DNA of 42,988 nt from Gemmatimonadales bacterium. GTDB taxonomy: Bacteria > Gemmatimonadota > Gemmatimonadetes > Gemmatimonadales > GWC2-71-9. Under the pieces are notes generated by a model. It did no database searches and was not told the DNA's origin. It worked only from the letters and a program-made list of their open reading frames with translations. Below, in pieces: positions 14,337 to 23,341 of this stretch (positions within the stretch are counted from its first letter, which is position 1; each line of letters opens with the position of its first letter). The translations under genes were made by a program, and so were the position numbers. The stretch lies in contig DASTDR010000472.1 in NCBI GenBank assembly GCA_035710265.1, positions 1 through 42,988 of the forward strand, written 5' to 3'.

Positions 14337-15959
14337 TCAGAACGGCTTGAACCCCGGCGAACCGAATCGGGGCATCTGCAAGTGGTGCCACAGCGGATAC
14401 GCGTACGCGATGATCACCAGGACCACGGCGACGCCGGTCCACACCCAGTAGCGGTCGAAGATCGTGCGTCCCGGCGCGAGGGGGTGCAGCGGCTCCGCCC
14501 ACTCGATCGTCTGCGATGCCGTCCGCTTCCCTGCCAGCCGCGTGCCGATCATCACCAGAATGAAAAACGCGGCGCTCGTGAACAGGAACAGCCCGCCGAC
14601 CGCGGACACACCGGTCAAGCCGCGCCACGCCTCGGCGACCGGACTGCCGCCGTAACTCGCGTCGTACACTCGGCGCGGCATGCCCATCAGACCGGTGATG
14701 TGGTTCGAGAACGAAAACAGCATCATGCCGATGAACCACAGGTAGGGCTGCACCCGCGCGAGCAAGGCCAGCTCGAGCTCGCGGCCCGACAGCCGCGGCA
14801 CGAGCCAGTAGGCCGCCCCCATGAAGGTGAGCGCGACCGCGCTGCCGACGGTGAGGTGGAAGTGGCCCTGAATGAATGCCGTGTTGTGCACGACCGCGTT
14901 CATCCCGAATGACGCGTTGATGGCGCCGCCGATCCCGCCGACTGCGAACAGGATCATGGACAGCGCCACGCTCGAGAACAGGGGATCGCGCCACGGCAGC
15001 TTGCCGATCCAGTCGAGCAGCCCCTTCGCGCCCTGCATCCGGCCACCGACCTCCATGGATGCCGTCACGGTGAACGCGGTGATGAAGCTCGGGAACAGAA
15101 TCGCGAAGGTGAGAAACGTGTGCAGCAGCTTCCAGCCTGACGAGACGCCCGGATCCATGAACTGATGGTGGAATCCGACCGGCGTCGAAAACAGAATGAA
15201 CAGCGCGAACACGAGCCGAGCGAGCGGATCGCTGAACAGCTTCCCGCCCGCGATCCGGGGCAGGACCGAGTACCAGATCACGTAGGCCGGCAGCAGCCAG
15301 AAGTACACGAGCGGATGTCCGAAGTACCAGAACAGCATGCGCGACAGCACCGGGTCCACGCCATTCGTCCAGCCCAGCGACCAGGGAATGAGCTGGAACA
15401 GCACCTCGACCGCGACACCGATCGTCGCGATGTACCAGACCACCACCGTCGCGATCATGCCGTGCATCGCGAGCGGCGCGGGCCGGTCGGGACGCGTCCG
15501 GCGCCAGCTGCGATACGACAGCAGCATCACCGCACCCCAGCACCACGACCCGACCACCACCAACGTGAGCCCGATGTAGAACGCGGGATGCGCCTGCAGC
15601 GGCGGATAGAACGTGTACAGCACGGTGGCTTTGCCGGTGAGAATCGCGAACGCCGCAGACGCAGTGCCCGCCAGCGCGAGCCAGAATCCCGCCCATGCGA
15701 GCTTGATGGGGGACGGTTCCTGATCCAGCGCGCGCGTGACGACGACGTAGCCGAACGCCATGATGAAGAACGTCGTGAACACGAGCGCCATGAGCACGCC
15801 GTGCGCGGTGACCGACAGGTAATACATCTTGGCCGAACGCCACGGCAGATCGAGGCTGGCGCGTGACAGCGACTGCATCAATGCCATCGCCGATGCCGCC
15901 CCGAACGCCACGACGGCGACCCACAGGTGGGACAGCGACAGCCGGTCGGCGCGCGTCAT
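14337..15959 (-). CDS. cbaA: cytochrome ba3-type (B-family) oxidase subunit I
   Basis: FWYFGHPLVYFWLLPAY (His plus cross-link Tyr), VGFHHQFMDPG, VVHNTAFIQGHFHL. Closely parallels Thermus ba3 subunit I from memory. ATGA overlap with subunit II sets the start at 15959. Confidence 0.9.
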   Translation of the reverse strand: MTRADRLSLSHLWVAVVAFGAASAMALMQSLSRASLDLPWRSAKMYYLSVTAHGVLMALVFTTFFIMAFGYVVVTRALDQEPSPIKLAWAGFWLALAGTASAAFAILTGKATVLYTFYPPLQAHPAFYIGLTLVVVGSWCWGAVMLLSYRSWRRTRPDRPAPLAMHGMIATVVVWYIATIGVAVEVLFQLIPWSLGWTNGVDPVLSRMLFWYFGHPLVYFWLLPAYVIWYSVLPRIAGGKLFSDPLARLVFALFILFSTPVGFHHQFMDPGVSSGWKLLHTFLTFAILFPSFITAFTVTASMEVGGRMQGAKGLLDWIGKLPWRDPLFSSVALSMILFAVGGIGGAINASFGMNAVVHNTAFIQGHFHLTVGSAVALTFMGAAYWLVPRLSGRELELALLARVQPYLWFIGMMLFSFSNHITGLMGMPRRVYDASYGGSPVAEAWRGLTGVSAVGGLFLFTSAAFFILVMIGTRLAGKRTASQTIEWAEPLHPLAPGRTIFDRYWVWTGVAVVLVIIAYAYPLWHHLQMPRFGSPGFKPF

Positions 15960-16429
15960 GGCTGGGCTTCCACGATGAGCTTGGCGGACATGAGGTGATG
16001 CGAGAGGCCGCAGTATTCGTTGCACACGATCAGGTATTCACCGGGCGCCTTGAACACGGTCGTGAACTGGCTGACGTAGCCCGGGACGACCATCGTGTTG
16101 CCGTTCGTGCCCACAATCTGGAAGCCGTGCGTGACGTCGGAGCTCGTCATGCGAAACGTCACTGGACGGCCCGCGGGGACCCGCAGCTCCGCCGGCTGGA
16201 ACGCAAACATCATCGCGATCAGCACCACGGTCGCGCCGTGCTCGTCCACCGTCACACCGCGGCTGGCGAAGCGCGCGTCGCTCCATACGCGCTTCGGATC
16301 GATCGTTTCGACGTGGCTGGGCGGCTGCAGCGCACTCCCCGCCACGCCGACCACGATCGTCGTCAGGAAGGCAACGATGATCAGCGCCGACGCCCACATC
16401 CAGAACTTCTCGTAGAGCGGCACGTTCAT
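15956..16429 (-). CDS. cbaB: cytochrome ba3-type oxidase subunit II (CuA)
   Basis: Single TM helix. CuA motifs DVTHGF ... IVCNEYCGLSHHLM. ATGA overlaps at both ends. Confidence 0.9.
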   Translation of the reverse strand: MNVPLYEKFWMWASALIIVAFLTTIVVGVAGSALQPPSHVETIDPKRVWSDARFASRGVTVDEHGATVVLIAMMFAFQPAELRVPAGRPVTFRMTSSDVTHGFQIVGTNGNTMVVPGYVSQFTTVFKAPGEYLIVCNEYCGLSHHLMSAKLIVEAQP

Positions 16430-16593
16430 GGCGTCACCCCGCCGCGCCGCAGATAGATGAAGACGTAGACCGCAAACCACGCGGCCACGAAGATCACGCC
16501 GTATAACCCGACCAACAACAGCGTGCCTTTGGGATGCTCGGTTGCGGGAGTGTGCGGAGCGGGTGGAGCCTGCGGTTTGGTTGGCGCAACCAT
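16426..16593 (-). CDS. cbaD: cytochrome ba3 oxidase subunit IIa (55 aa, single TM)
   Basis: This is the C-terminal part of track ORF 16426..16968. From ATG 16593 it reads MVAPTKPQAPPAPHTPATEHPKGTLLLVGLYGVIFVAAWFAVYVFIYLRRGGVTP. The HPKGTL...FIYLRRG segment resembles Thermus subunit IIa (KPKGAL...VFFARG). Confidence 0.65.
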   Translation of the reverse strand: MVAPTKPQAPPAPHTPATEHPKGTLLLVGLYGVIFVAAWFAVYVFIYLRRGGVTP

Positions 16594-16603
16594 CGGATCC
16601 TCG

Positions 16604-17665
16604 TCAGTGTGGTGGCTCGGGAAAATCCACTTCGAAGCGGGTGACCTGACCAGGGATGCTGGAGACGCGCGCATCGCCGCCGTGGAGCCGCGCGATCGAT
16701 GCGACCAGCGCGAGCCCCAGACCGCTCCCGCCGTCCTCGGAGCGAGTGCGCGCCGGATCGGCCCGGTAGAAGGGCTCGAATAGATGCGGCAGATCGGCGG
16801 TGGCGATCCCGGGACCGGTGTTTTCGACCGCGAGCTGGACGCCGCCTGGCTGCAGCGCATCGAGCACGATTCGAAGCTTCCCGTTCTCGGGGGTGAACCG
16901 CGACGCGTTGTCGAGCAGATGCTCGATGACGCGCCGCACGAGCGCGGGATCCACCGAGGCCGGACCACTGGGACGCAGCGCGCGTTCGACCGTCAACCCG
17001 CGTTCGACGAATCGACGGTTCATCGCATCGAGGCATTCGACGACCAGACGCGTCACGTCCGTGGGGACCCGCTGAGCCGACACCACATGCGCCTCGGCGC
17101 GCGTGATCAACAGCAGATCCTCGCACAGCGCGGTGAGCCGGTCGATCTCCTCCAGCTCACCGCGCAGCACCTGCTCGTACTCGCGTTGCGAGCGCGGTGC
17201 GCGCAGCGCGACTTCGATCGAGCCTCGCATCGCGGTGAGCGGCGTCCGCAGCTCGTGACTGACGTCAGCGGTCAAGCGTCGCTGCGCGGCAAAACTGCGT
17301 TCCAGCCGCTCCAGCATGCGGTTCAGGACCGCCACCAATCCCTCGTACTCCTCCGTATCGGCATGCGCCACGATGCGCTGGTCGAGCGTTCCGGCCTCGA
17401 TCCGTGTCGCCTGCGCCGTGATCTCCGAGACAGGGCGCACCGCGGACGACGTGAAGTGCCACGCGCCCATCAGTGTCGCCGCCGTTCCGGTAATCACGAC
17501 CGCCGCGAGTGCGACCAGGAGATCACGCTGCAGAATCGACCGGGAGACGGGCTCCTCGAGCGCGCGCACCGCAGCACAGTAGAAGGCGCCGGTCGCGAGC
17601 AGCAACCCGGCTGCCATCGTCGCCGCAAACCGAATCGCCAGCGTGCGGCGCAGCGATCCCTTCAC
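16604..17665 (-). CDS. sensor histidine kinase (2 TM, HAMP, HisKA, HATPase_c)
   Basis: H-box SHELRTPLT, N-box LLDNASRFT, G-boxes ENTGPGI and GGSGLGLAL. GTGA overlap with the response regulator stop sets the start at GTG 17665. Confidence 0.8.
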   Translation of the reverse strand: MKGSLRRTLAIRFAATMAAGLLLATGAFYCAAVRALEEPVSRSILQRDLLVALAAVVITGTAATLMGAWHFTSSAVRPVSEITAQATRIEAGTLDQRIVAHADTEEYEGLVAVLNRMLERLERSFAAQRRLTADVSHELRTPLTAMRGSIEVALRAPRSQREYEQVLRGELEEIDRLTALCEDLLLITRAEAHVVSAQRVPTDVTRLVVECLDAMNRRFVERGLTVERALRPSGPASVDPALVRRVIEHLLDNASRFTPENGKLRIVLDALQPGGVQLAVENTGPGIATADLPHLFEPFYRADPARTRSEDGGSGLGLALVASIARLHGGDARVSSIPGQVTRFEVDFPEPPH

Positions 17666-18348
17666 GCCTCCGCTCGATCCGGAGTCGCCAGGCGGAACCC
17701 CACGCCGCGCACCGTCTCGATCATCTCCTGGCCCAGGGCCTGGCGCAGCTTGCGGCGAAGGTTGCCGACATGCACGTCGACCACGTTGCTCTCCGGATCG
17801 AAATGCATGTCCCACACCTTCTCGAGCAGCTCCGTGCGGCGTACGACCTCTTCGGGGTGCAGCAGGAAGTGCTGCAGCAGGTGGAATTCCTTGGGCGTGA
17901 GATCGAGCATCTTGCCGTCGATCCGAGCCTTGTGCTTCAACCGGTCCAGTTCGAGCGGACCGTAGCGCAGCAGCTCCGTGCGGGCCGCCCCGCCACGCCG
18001 GACGAGCGCTCGCACGCGCGCGAGGAGCTCGTCGAACTTGAACGGCTTGGTGAGGTAGTCGTCGGCTCCGGCGTCGAGCCCTCGCACCACGTCCTCGGTC
18101 GTATCCCGGGCCGTGAGCATCAGGATCGGAATCGAGCGGCCCTCGCGGCGCAGCTCGGCTGCCAGTTGCAGGCCTGTCTTCTTGGGCAGCATGACGTCGA
18201 GCACGACCAAGTCGTAGTCGTAGACGTGAGCCATCATGGTAGCCTGATCGCCGTCACCGGCGACATCCACCACGTAGCCCTCTTCCCGCAGGCCCTGCTC
18301 GATGAACCCCGCGACCTTTCGGTCGTCCTCCACCACGAGAATCTTCAT
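17662..18348 (-). CDS. OmpR-family response regulator
   Basis: MKILVVEDD, phospho-acceptor region DLVVLDVMLP, C-terminal winged helix (LTPKEFHLLQHFLLHPEEV...VRGVGFRL). Confidence 0.9.
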   Translation of the reverse strand: MKILVVEDDRKVAGFIEQGLREEGYVVDVAGDGDQATMMAHVYDYDLVVLDVMLPKKTGLQLAAELRREGRSIPILMLTARDTTEDVVRGLDAGADDYLTKPFKFDELLARVRALVRRGGAARTELLRYGPLELDRLKHKARIDGKMLDLTPKEFHLLQHFLLHPEEVVRRTELLEKVWDMHFDPESNVVDVHVGNLRRKLRQALGQEMIETVRGVGFRLATPDRAEA

Positions 18349-18391
18349 GAAGACACTCTAGTAGTCGCGCGTTGAATCATTTCTAAAGGGG

Positions 18392-19654
18392 TCATGAAGG
18401 AATCTTAAGGATAAACGTCGCGCCGCCTCCCGCCGTCTCCTCCACCGTGAGACTGCCCCCCAATGCCTCCGCCAGGCGCCGTGAGACGGGTAAACCGAGC
18501 CCGGTGCCGTGTCCCGACTGCGGGTCGAAGCGCTCGAACGGCTCGAAGATCCGCTCGCGCAACTCGACGGGCACTCCCGGCCCATGATCCTTGACGGCAA
18601 ACCGAATCCCATCCCCGTCGCGCTCGACTAGTACGGAGACCGATGCTCGCTCCGGACTGTGCCGGATGGCGTTGGACAAAAGATTCACGAGGATCTGCTC
18701 GAGCCGGATCCGGTCGGTGCGCAAGGTGTCGGGCGCGCCGTCCCAGGTCACATCCAGGCGTACTTTTTTTGCCGCCGCCGCCGGCTCGCTCGTGCTGATC
18801 GAGCGCTGCACCACGGCGGCGGTATCCACTTCGCGGATCACCGGCGTGACCTTGCCGGCGTCGAGGCGCATCAGATCGAGGAAATTGTTGAGCAGCACGA
18901 TCGTGTGATCGGCAGCCTCGTACACTTCACGCGCCGCTTGATCGGAGATCTCCGGCGTCTTCCGGGACACGAGTCGCTCCGCCCAGCCGTAGACGCCGGT
19001 GAGCGAGTTGCGCAGCTCGTGGTTCATCATCGCGAAGAACAGATCGCGTTGGCGCTGCATGGTCCGAATTTGACCGATCAGCTGCTGGCTCTCCCCGAAC
19101 AGTCGCGCGTTCTCGATGGCGATCGCGGCCTGCCCCGCGAGCAGCACTGCAATCGCCTCGTCTTCGTCGCTGAACTCCGCCGCATCGAGCTTCTCGGTAA
19201 GGTACAAATTGCCGAAGACCCCGCCCCGCCCTCTGACGGGCACGCCGAGAAACGACGTCATGGGCGGATGGCGCGGTGGGAATCCGAACCGCTGCGGATG
19301 GCGGTTGATGTCGGCGCTGCGGATCGGCTTGCTCTCGCGGATCACCAGGCCCAGCAAGCCACGGCCCCGGGGCAGGTCGCCGATCCCGTTCCGGGTCTCT
19401 TCGTCGATGCCGGAGGTCACGAACCGGGCGAGGCTCGTCCGGTCTTCGCCCAGGACGCCGAGTGCGGCGTAGTGTGCCCCCACGACTTCGCGGGCGGCAT
19501 CCACCACCTCTTGCAGCACCTGGTCGAGGTCGCGCTGCGAGAGGATCGCCACCCCGGCTGCGAGCAGCCGTTCGAATCGCTCCCGGATACGGGAGGCTTC
19601 GGGTCCCGAGGTCACACGGGAACATGCTTCACGTTCGGTACAGTGACAATTCAC
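18392..19654 (-). CDS. cytoplasmic GAF-domain sensor histidine kinase
   Basis: GAF region (GAHYAALGVL...FLGVPV...GNLYLTEK), H-box MNHELRNSLTGV, LLSNAIRHS, KDHGPGVP, GTGLGLPV. No TM helices. Confidence 0.8.
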   Translation of the reverse strand: MNCHCTEREACSRVTSGPEASRIRERFERLLAAGVAILSQRDLDQVLQEVVDAAREVVGAHYAALGVLGEDRTSLARFVTSGIDEETRNGIGDLPRGRGLLGLVIRESKPIRSADINRHPQRFGFPPRHPPMTSFLGVPVRGRGGVFGNLYLTEKLDAAEFSDEDEAIAVLLAGQAAIAIENARLFGESQQLIGQIRTMQRQRDLFFAMMNHELRNSLTGVYGWAERLVSRKTPEISDQAAREVYEAADHTIVLLNNFLDLMRLDAGKVTPVIREVDTAAVVQRSISTSEPAAAAKKVRLDVTWDGAPDTLRTDRIRLEQILVNLLSNAIRHSPERASVSVLVERDGDGIRFAVKDHGPGVPVELRERIFEPFERFDPQSGHGTGLGLPVSRRLAEALGGSLTVEETAGGGATFILKIPS

Positions 19655-19734
19655 GGAGAAGGCCTCATCTTATGGACAGCAGCGCGCCCGCCGTCGCGCG
19701 TTACACTTGGAACCCACGACCCCGCGAGGCGATC

Positions 19735-20238
19735 ATGGCTCGGCTTTCACCGCTGCTCCCCCTTGTGGCATTCGCACTCTCCGCGTGCGGAGCCTCCCAC
19801 ACTCATGTCCCACTGGTCGGCGCATCCTCGGAGCTCGCCGCGCTCACGGGCGAATGGGCGGGCGAGTACAGTAGCGGAGAATCAGGACGCAGCGGCAGCA
19901 TCAGCTTCACGCTGCGCTCGCTGGACGACTCCGCCTTCGGGGATGTCGTCATGATTCCGACCGGGCTGGGCCGTCCGGTGAAGCCCTATTCCGAACAGCC
20001 GGTCGCGGGCAGCAACACGCCGTCGCCCACCACCGTGCTGAAGATCCGATTCGTGCGTGTCGAGCAGGGCCATGTGAGCGGGACGCTCGATGCCTACGCC
20101 GACCCGCAAACCGGCGAGCGCCTGTTCACGACGTTCACCGGCGAGCTCAAAGGCAACACGATCGAGGGTACCTACACGACGCGACTGCAGACCGGGGTCA
20201 CCCAGACCGGCCGCTGGTCGGTGCAGAAGCGCATCTAG
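19735..20238 (+). CDS. lipoprotein, unknown function
   Basis: MARLSPLLPLVAFALSAC|GASH lipobox. Start chosen at ATG 19735 inside track ORF 19462..20238. Confidence 0.55.
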   Translation: MARLSPLLPLVAFALSACGASHTHVPLVGASSELAALTGEWAGEYSSGESGRSGSISFTLRSLDDSAFGDVVMIPTGLGRPVKPYSEQPVAGSNTPSPTTVLKIRFVRVEQGHVSGTLDAYADPQTGERLFTTFTGELKGNTIEGTYTTRLQTGVTQTGRWSVQKRI

Positions 20239-20636
20239 ACTTTCGCGGTCGCGACCGCGCCGACGATGTCGGTTTGCGAGATCACGCCGACGAGCGCCCC
20301 GTCGTACTCGACGAATAGCCGCTGCACGTTGAGATAGAGCATTTCCTGGGCGGCTTGCCGGACGTCGAGGTCCGGCTCGACCGTCGCCGGCCAGGGAGTC
20401 ATGATCTCGAGAATACGCGTGCGCTCGAACAACCGTTCGCGCTCGGCTGCGGACTCGCAGGTGCTCTCGGCTTGCAGGATTTCCCGGGTCGAGACGACTC
20501 CAACGGCACGCCCCAACCGATCGATCACCGGTAGCGCCGAGACCTGTGCGTCGGTGAACACGGCGACCGCATCGGCAATGGTCGCTTCGGTGCTGATCGT
20601 CTTCAGGCTCGTCTGCATCAGCTCGGCGATCTTCAT
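20235..20636 (-). CDS. CBS-domain pair protein
   Basis: Two CBS repeats (TISTEATIADAVAVFTDAQVSALPVID... and TVEPDLDVRQAAQEMLYLNVQRLFVEYDGALVGVISQTDI). Confidence 0.75.
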   Translation of the reverse strand: MKIAELMQTSLKTISTEATIADAVAVFTDAQVSALPVIDRLGRAVGVVSTREILQAESTCESAAERERLFERTRILEIMTPWPATVEPDLDVRQAAQEMLYLNVQRLFVEYDGALVGVISQTDIVGAVATAKV

Positions 20637-20719
20637 AGCCTGGGCTCCATGGAGCGGGGTACGATCAACGTGCTCAAACCATCCTGAATGTCGACTGAAA
20701 AGACCTCGAAGGAGTGCTC

Positions 20720-21766
20720 ATGCGCCATCGCGTAACCACCTGCATCTGCCTGTTCGCTGCCGCCGTCCTCCTGCCCGCCTGCCGCGAGGATCGACCGCCA
20801 TCCCCCTCCGACGGCGGCCAGGTCCAAGTCCCCCCGAGCGAAATCCCGGCTGACGTCTCGCACGGTGAGGCGCGCGTCGGGTCGACAGCGGAGTCCCCGG
20901 CCATCGACCCCGTGGCGCCGCCGCGGGCTACCAGCCGGCTCCATCGCCTGCGTATCGCGATCACGCACGCGAAAGTCACGATTGCCGACGGAGTCTCGTA
21001 CGACGCGTGGACATTCGACGACCGCGTCCCCGGTCCCGTGATGCGCGTGACCCAGGGAGACACGGTCGAGTTCACGCTCGTGAATCGGTCCCCCATGCCG
21101 CACAGCCTCGACTTTCACGCCGCCGAGATCGCTCCGGATCGTGCGTACCGCAACCTCATGCCCAAGGATTCGATCAAGTATCGGTTCGTCGCGCGCGTAC
21201 CCGGGGCCTTCATGTATCACTGCGGCACGGCCCCGGTGGCGCTCCACATCGCGAACGGGATGTACGGAGCGATCATCGTCGATCCCCGTCAGGCGCGGCC
21301 GCGCGCCAAGGAGTTCGTGTTCGTGCAGAGCGAGTTCTACACCAAGACGCTGGCCGACTCCACGCGCACCATCCATTGGGACAAGCTGCTGGGGTTGGCA
21401 CCGGACTACGTTGTGTTCAACGGTCGGGAGGCCATCTACGCGAAACACCCGATCCCGGTGCGGGTAGGCGAGCCGCTGCGGATGTACGTGGTCAACGCGG
21501 GTCCGAACCGGTTCTCGGCGTTCCACGTGGTGGGCGCGATCTTCGATCGCGTGTTCATGGACGGGTCGCTCGCGCATCCGCTCGAGGGCGTGCAGACGGT
21601 GACGGTCCCCGTCGGCGGGGGCGCGATCTTCGAGGCGCGACTGGTCGAGCCGGGAACCTATCCGTTCGTGAGTCACGCGTTTGCGGACGCGACCAAAGGT
21701 GCGGTCGGGGTCTTCCAAGCTCAGATGTCGGACAACCCGGCCGGCGAAACGCGGCCCCAGAGATGA
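20720..21766 (+). CDS. nirK: copper-containing nitrite reductase
   Basis: T1/T2 Cu ligand motifs PHSLDFHAA and FMYHCGTAPVALHIANGMYG. Two cupredoxin domains. GAAGGAG lies 5 nt upstream of ATG 20720 (the track starts at GTG 20714). N-terminus MRHRVTTCICLFAAAVLLPAC suggests a lipoprotein-type signal. Confidence 0.88.
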   Translation: MRHRVTTCICLFAAAVLLPACREDRPPSPSDGGQVQVPPSEIPADVSHGEARVGSTAESPAIDPVAPPRATSRLHRLRIAITHAKVTIADGVSYDAWTFDDRVPGPVMRVTQGDTVEFTLVNRSPMPHSLDFHAAEIAPDRAYRNLMPKDSIKYRFVARVPGAFMYHCGTAPVALHIANGMYGAIIVDPRQARPRAKEFVFVQSEFYTKTLADSTRTIHWDKLLGLAPDYVVFNGREAIYAKHPIPVRVGEPLRMYVVNAGPNRFSAFHVVGAIFDRVFMDGSLAHPLEGVQTVTVPVGGGAIFEARLVEPGTYPFVSHAFADATKGAVGVFQAQMSDNPAGETRPQR

Positions 21767-22122
21767 ATGGCGAAGCTCGCCGCGGCGCCGATTTCCATCA
21801 CCCGGCCCGCGGCGAGCAGTACGCCGCCGAGCCCCACCAGCACCACGCCCGTATTGATCAGCACAAACGCAAGCCAGGCGGTGATCGCGCTTCGCGACGG
21901 TCTGCGGCGCAGCACGAAGCGCGGAAAGATCCATACCGCGATTCCCATGACGAGCTGGATCATCCACCCCACGAGCAACAGCTCGATGTGCACCGCGCGA
22001 ATCGCCCCCGGGTCGAATCCCAACGCAAGCCCTTTGCCCGCGAGCAGCACCGCGCCGATCGCAAAGCCGCAGACCAGGTGGACGAGCGCTGCCCGGACAA
22101 ACCACGCGCTGACGAGCGGCAC
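21721..22122 (-). CDS. 4-TM membrane protein, paralogue of 22122-22541, last gene of the nos operon
   Basis: GTG 22122 shares one base with the TAG stop of the upstream paralogue. N-terminus (V)PLVSAWFVRAALVHLV parallels MPPLSRWYVKAAMIYLV. Shared motif VH-x2-L-x-VGW-x2-Q-x3-G-x-A-x-W-x-FP. Confidence 0.55.
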   Translation of the reverse strand: MPLVSAWFVRAALVHLVCGFAIGAVLLAGKGLALGFDPGAIRAVHIELLLVGWMIQLVMGIAVWIFPRFVLRRRPSRSAITAWLAFVLINTGVVLVGLGGVLLAAGRVMEIGAAASFAIHLWGRVSPAGLSDI

Positions 22123-22541
22123 TAGCGCACCTTCACCCGAGGCCAGGTGTTGAGCGTGAACCCGACGCCGGCCAGCGCCTGAGCGATACCGGCCACCGCG
22201 AGCAGCCAGCCGGGAAGCGACTCCGGGCGCCACGCGCGGAGCGGCTCGACCACCACCCGCAGCACCAGCCCTGCGTTCAACAGCACGAAGGTCGCAATCG
22301 CGACGACATTGTCGCCGCGCGGGAGCTCCGCCGTGTACTTTGGGAACATCCAGTAGGCGACACCGAAGATCATCTGCGTAATCCAGCCGACCACCAGCAT
22401 GTGCACGTAGGCCGGACCGGTGACGGCGAACAGCTGCGGCAAGTGCAGCGGCTGTTGCAGCGCTCCCAGCACACCGACGAGCAAGCCAGCGACCAGATAG
22501 ATCATCGCCGCCTTGACGTACCAGCGGGACAGTGGCGGCAT
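22122..22541 (-). CDS. 4-TM membrane protein with conserved His/Trp/Gln motif, unknown function
   Basis: ATG 22541 shares one base with the TAA stop of the ZIP gene. The track ORF upstream of this ATG is Arg/Gly-rich junk. Motif YVHMLVVGWITQMIFGVAYWMFPKY. Confidence 0.55.
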   Translation of the reverse strand: MPPLSRWYVKAAMIYLVAGLLVGVLGALQQPLHLPQLFAVTGPAYVHMLVVGWITQMIFGVAYWMFPKYTAELPRGDNVVAIATFVLLNAGLVLRVVVEPLRAWRPESLPGWLLAVAGIAQALAGVGFTLNTWPRVKVR

Positions 22542-23323
22542 TACTTGAACGCGTTGTCGAGCGCCATCATCACGGTGAACCCTCCGATGAAGCCGACCGT
22601 GGCAACGTCGATGTTGCCGGTGCGCTGCGTCTCTGGGATGAGCTCTTCGACGACCACGTACAGCATCGCCCCGGCCGCGAAGGCCAGCGCGTACGGCAGG
22701 AGCCAGGACGCCTGGACCACGACGACGGCGCCCAGGACTGCGGCGACAGGCTCCACGACTGCGGTGAGTTGTCCGTACCACAAGGCGCGCCACCGGTTCA
22801 TACCCTCGCGGCGCAGCGGCAGCGCCACGGCGAGCCCCTCGGGAACGTTCTGCAGTCCGATACCGAGCGCCAGCGCGAGCGCCGCAGGGGCGGAGCCGCC
22901 CCCGAACGCGACGCCGATCGCGAGCCCCTCCGGAAAGTTGTGCAGTGTGATCGCCGCCATCAGCAAGGTCGAGCGACGCCAGGCCCGGGCGGGGGCCGGG
23001 CCCTCGGGCCGCGCCTCATCCGGGAACTCGGGATGCAGATGGGGCAGCGCCTGATCGAGGGCGTAGATGACGGCCGCACCAAGCAGGAGACCCAGGGCCG
23101 CCGGCGCGACTCCGCCCCGCGCTATTGCCGGGACGAGCAGTGACCAGCATGACGCCGCGACCATCACCCCGCCGGCGAAACCCATGAGACCATCCATGAG
23201 CCGCCGGGGCGCCCGCGACGTGACGAGCACGGGCAGCGTGCCCGCCGCGGTGAGTGACCACGTGCCGAGTGCCGCAATGCCCGCCTGCGCGAGCGGCGAC
23301 AGGGCGAGAAACCAGGCGGTCAT
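22541..23323 (-). CDS. ZIP-family (ZupT/GufA-like) divalent metal transporter
   Basis: Signature helices HNFPEGLAIGVAF and GLQNVPEGLAVALPL. About 8 TM helices. Confidence 0.8.
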   Translation of the reverse strand: MTAWFLALSPLAQAGIAALGTWSLTAAGTLPVLVTSRAPRRLMDGLMGFAGGVMVAASCWSLLVPAIARGGVAPAALGLLLGAAVIYALDQALPHLHPEFPDEARPEGPAPARAWRRSTLLMAAITLHNFPEGLAIGVAFGGGSAPAALALALGIGLQNVPEGLAVALPLRREGMNRWRALWYGQLTAVVEPVAAVLGAVVVVQASWLLPYALAFAAGAMLYVVVEELIPETQRTGNIDVATVGFIGGFTVMMALDNAFK

Positions 23324-23341
23324 GGCCGCGCCGGCCCGGGA

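Noticed and set aside
20637-20719. FNR/DNR-type (TTGAT-N4-ATCAA) or CRP-type boxes upstream of nirK, and likewise upstream of the nos cytochrome c (29081-29140).
   Set aside because: Only half-site-like fragments are present (GATCAACGTGCTCAA; TGTGAGCCCGCACC), with no inverted symmetry. They cannot be supported from the sequence.
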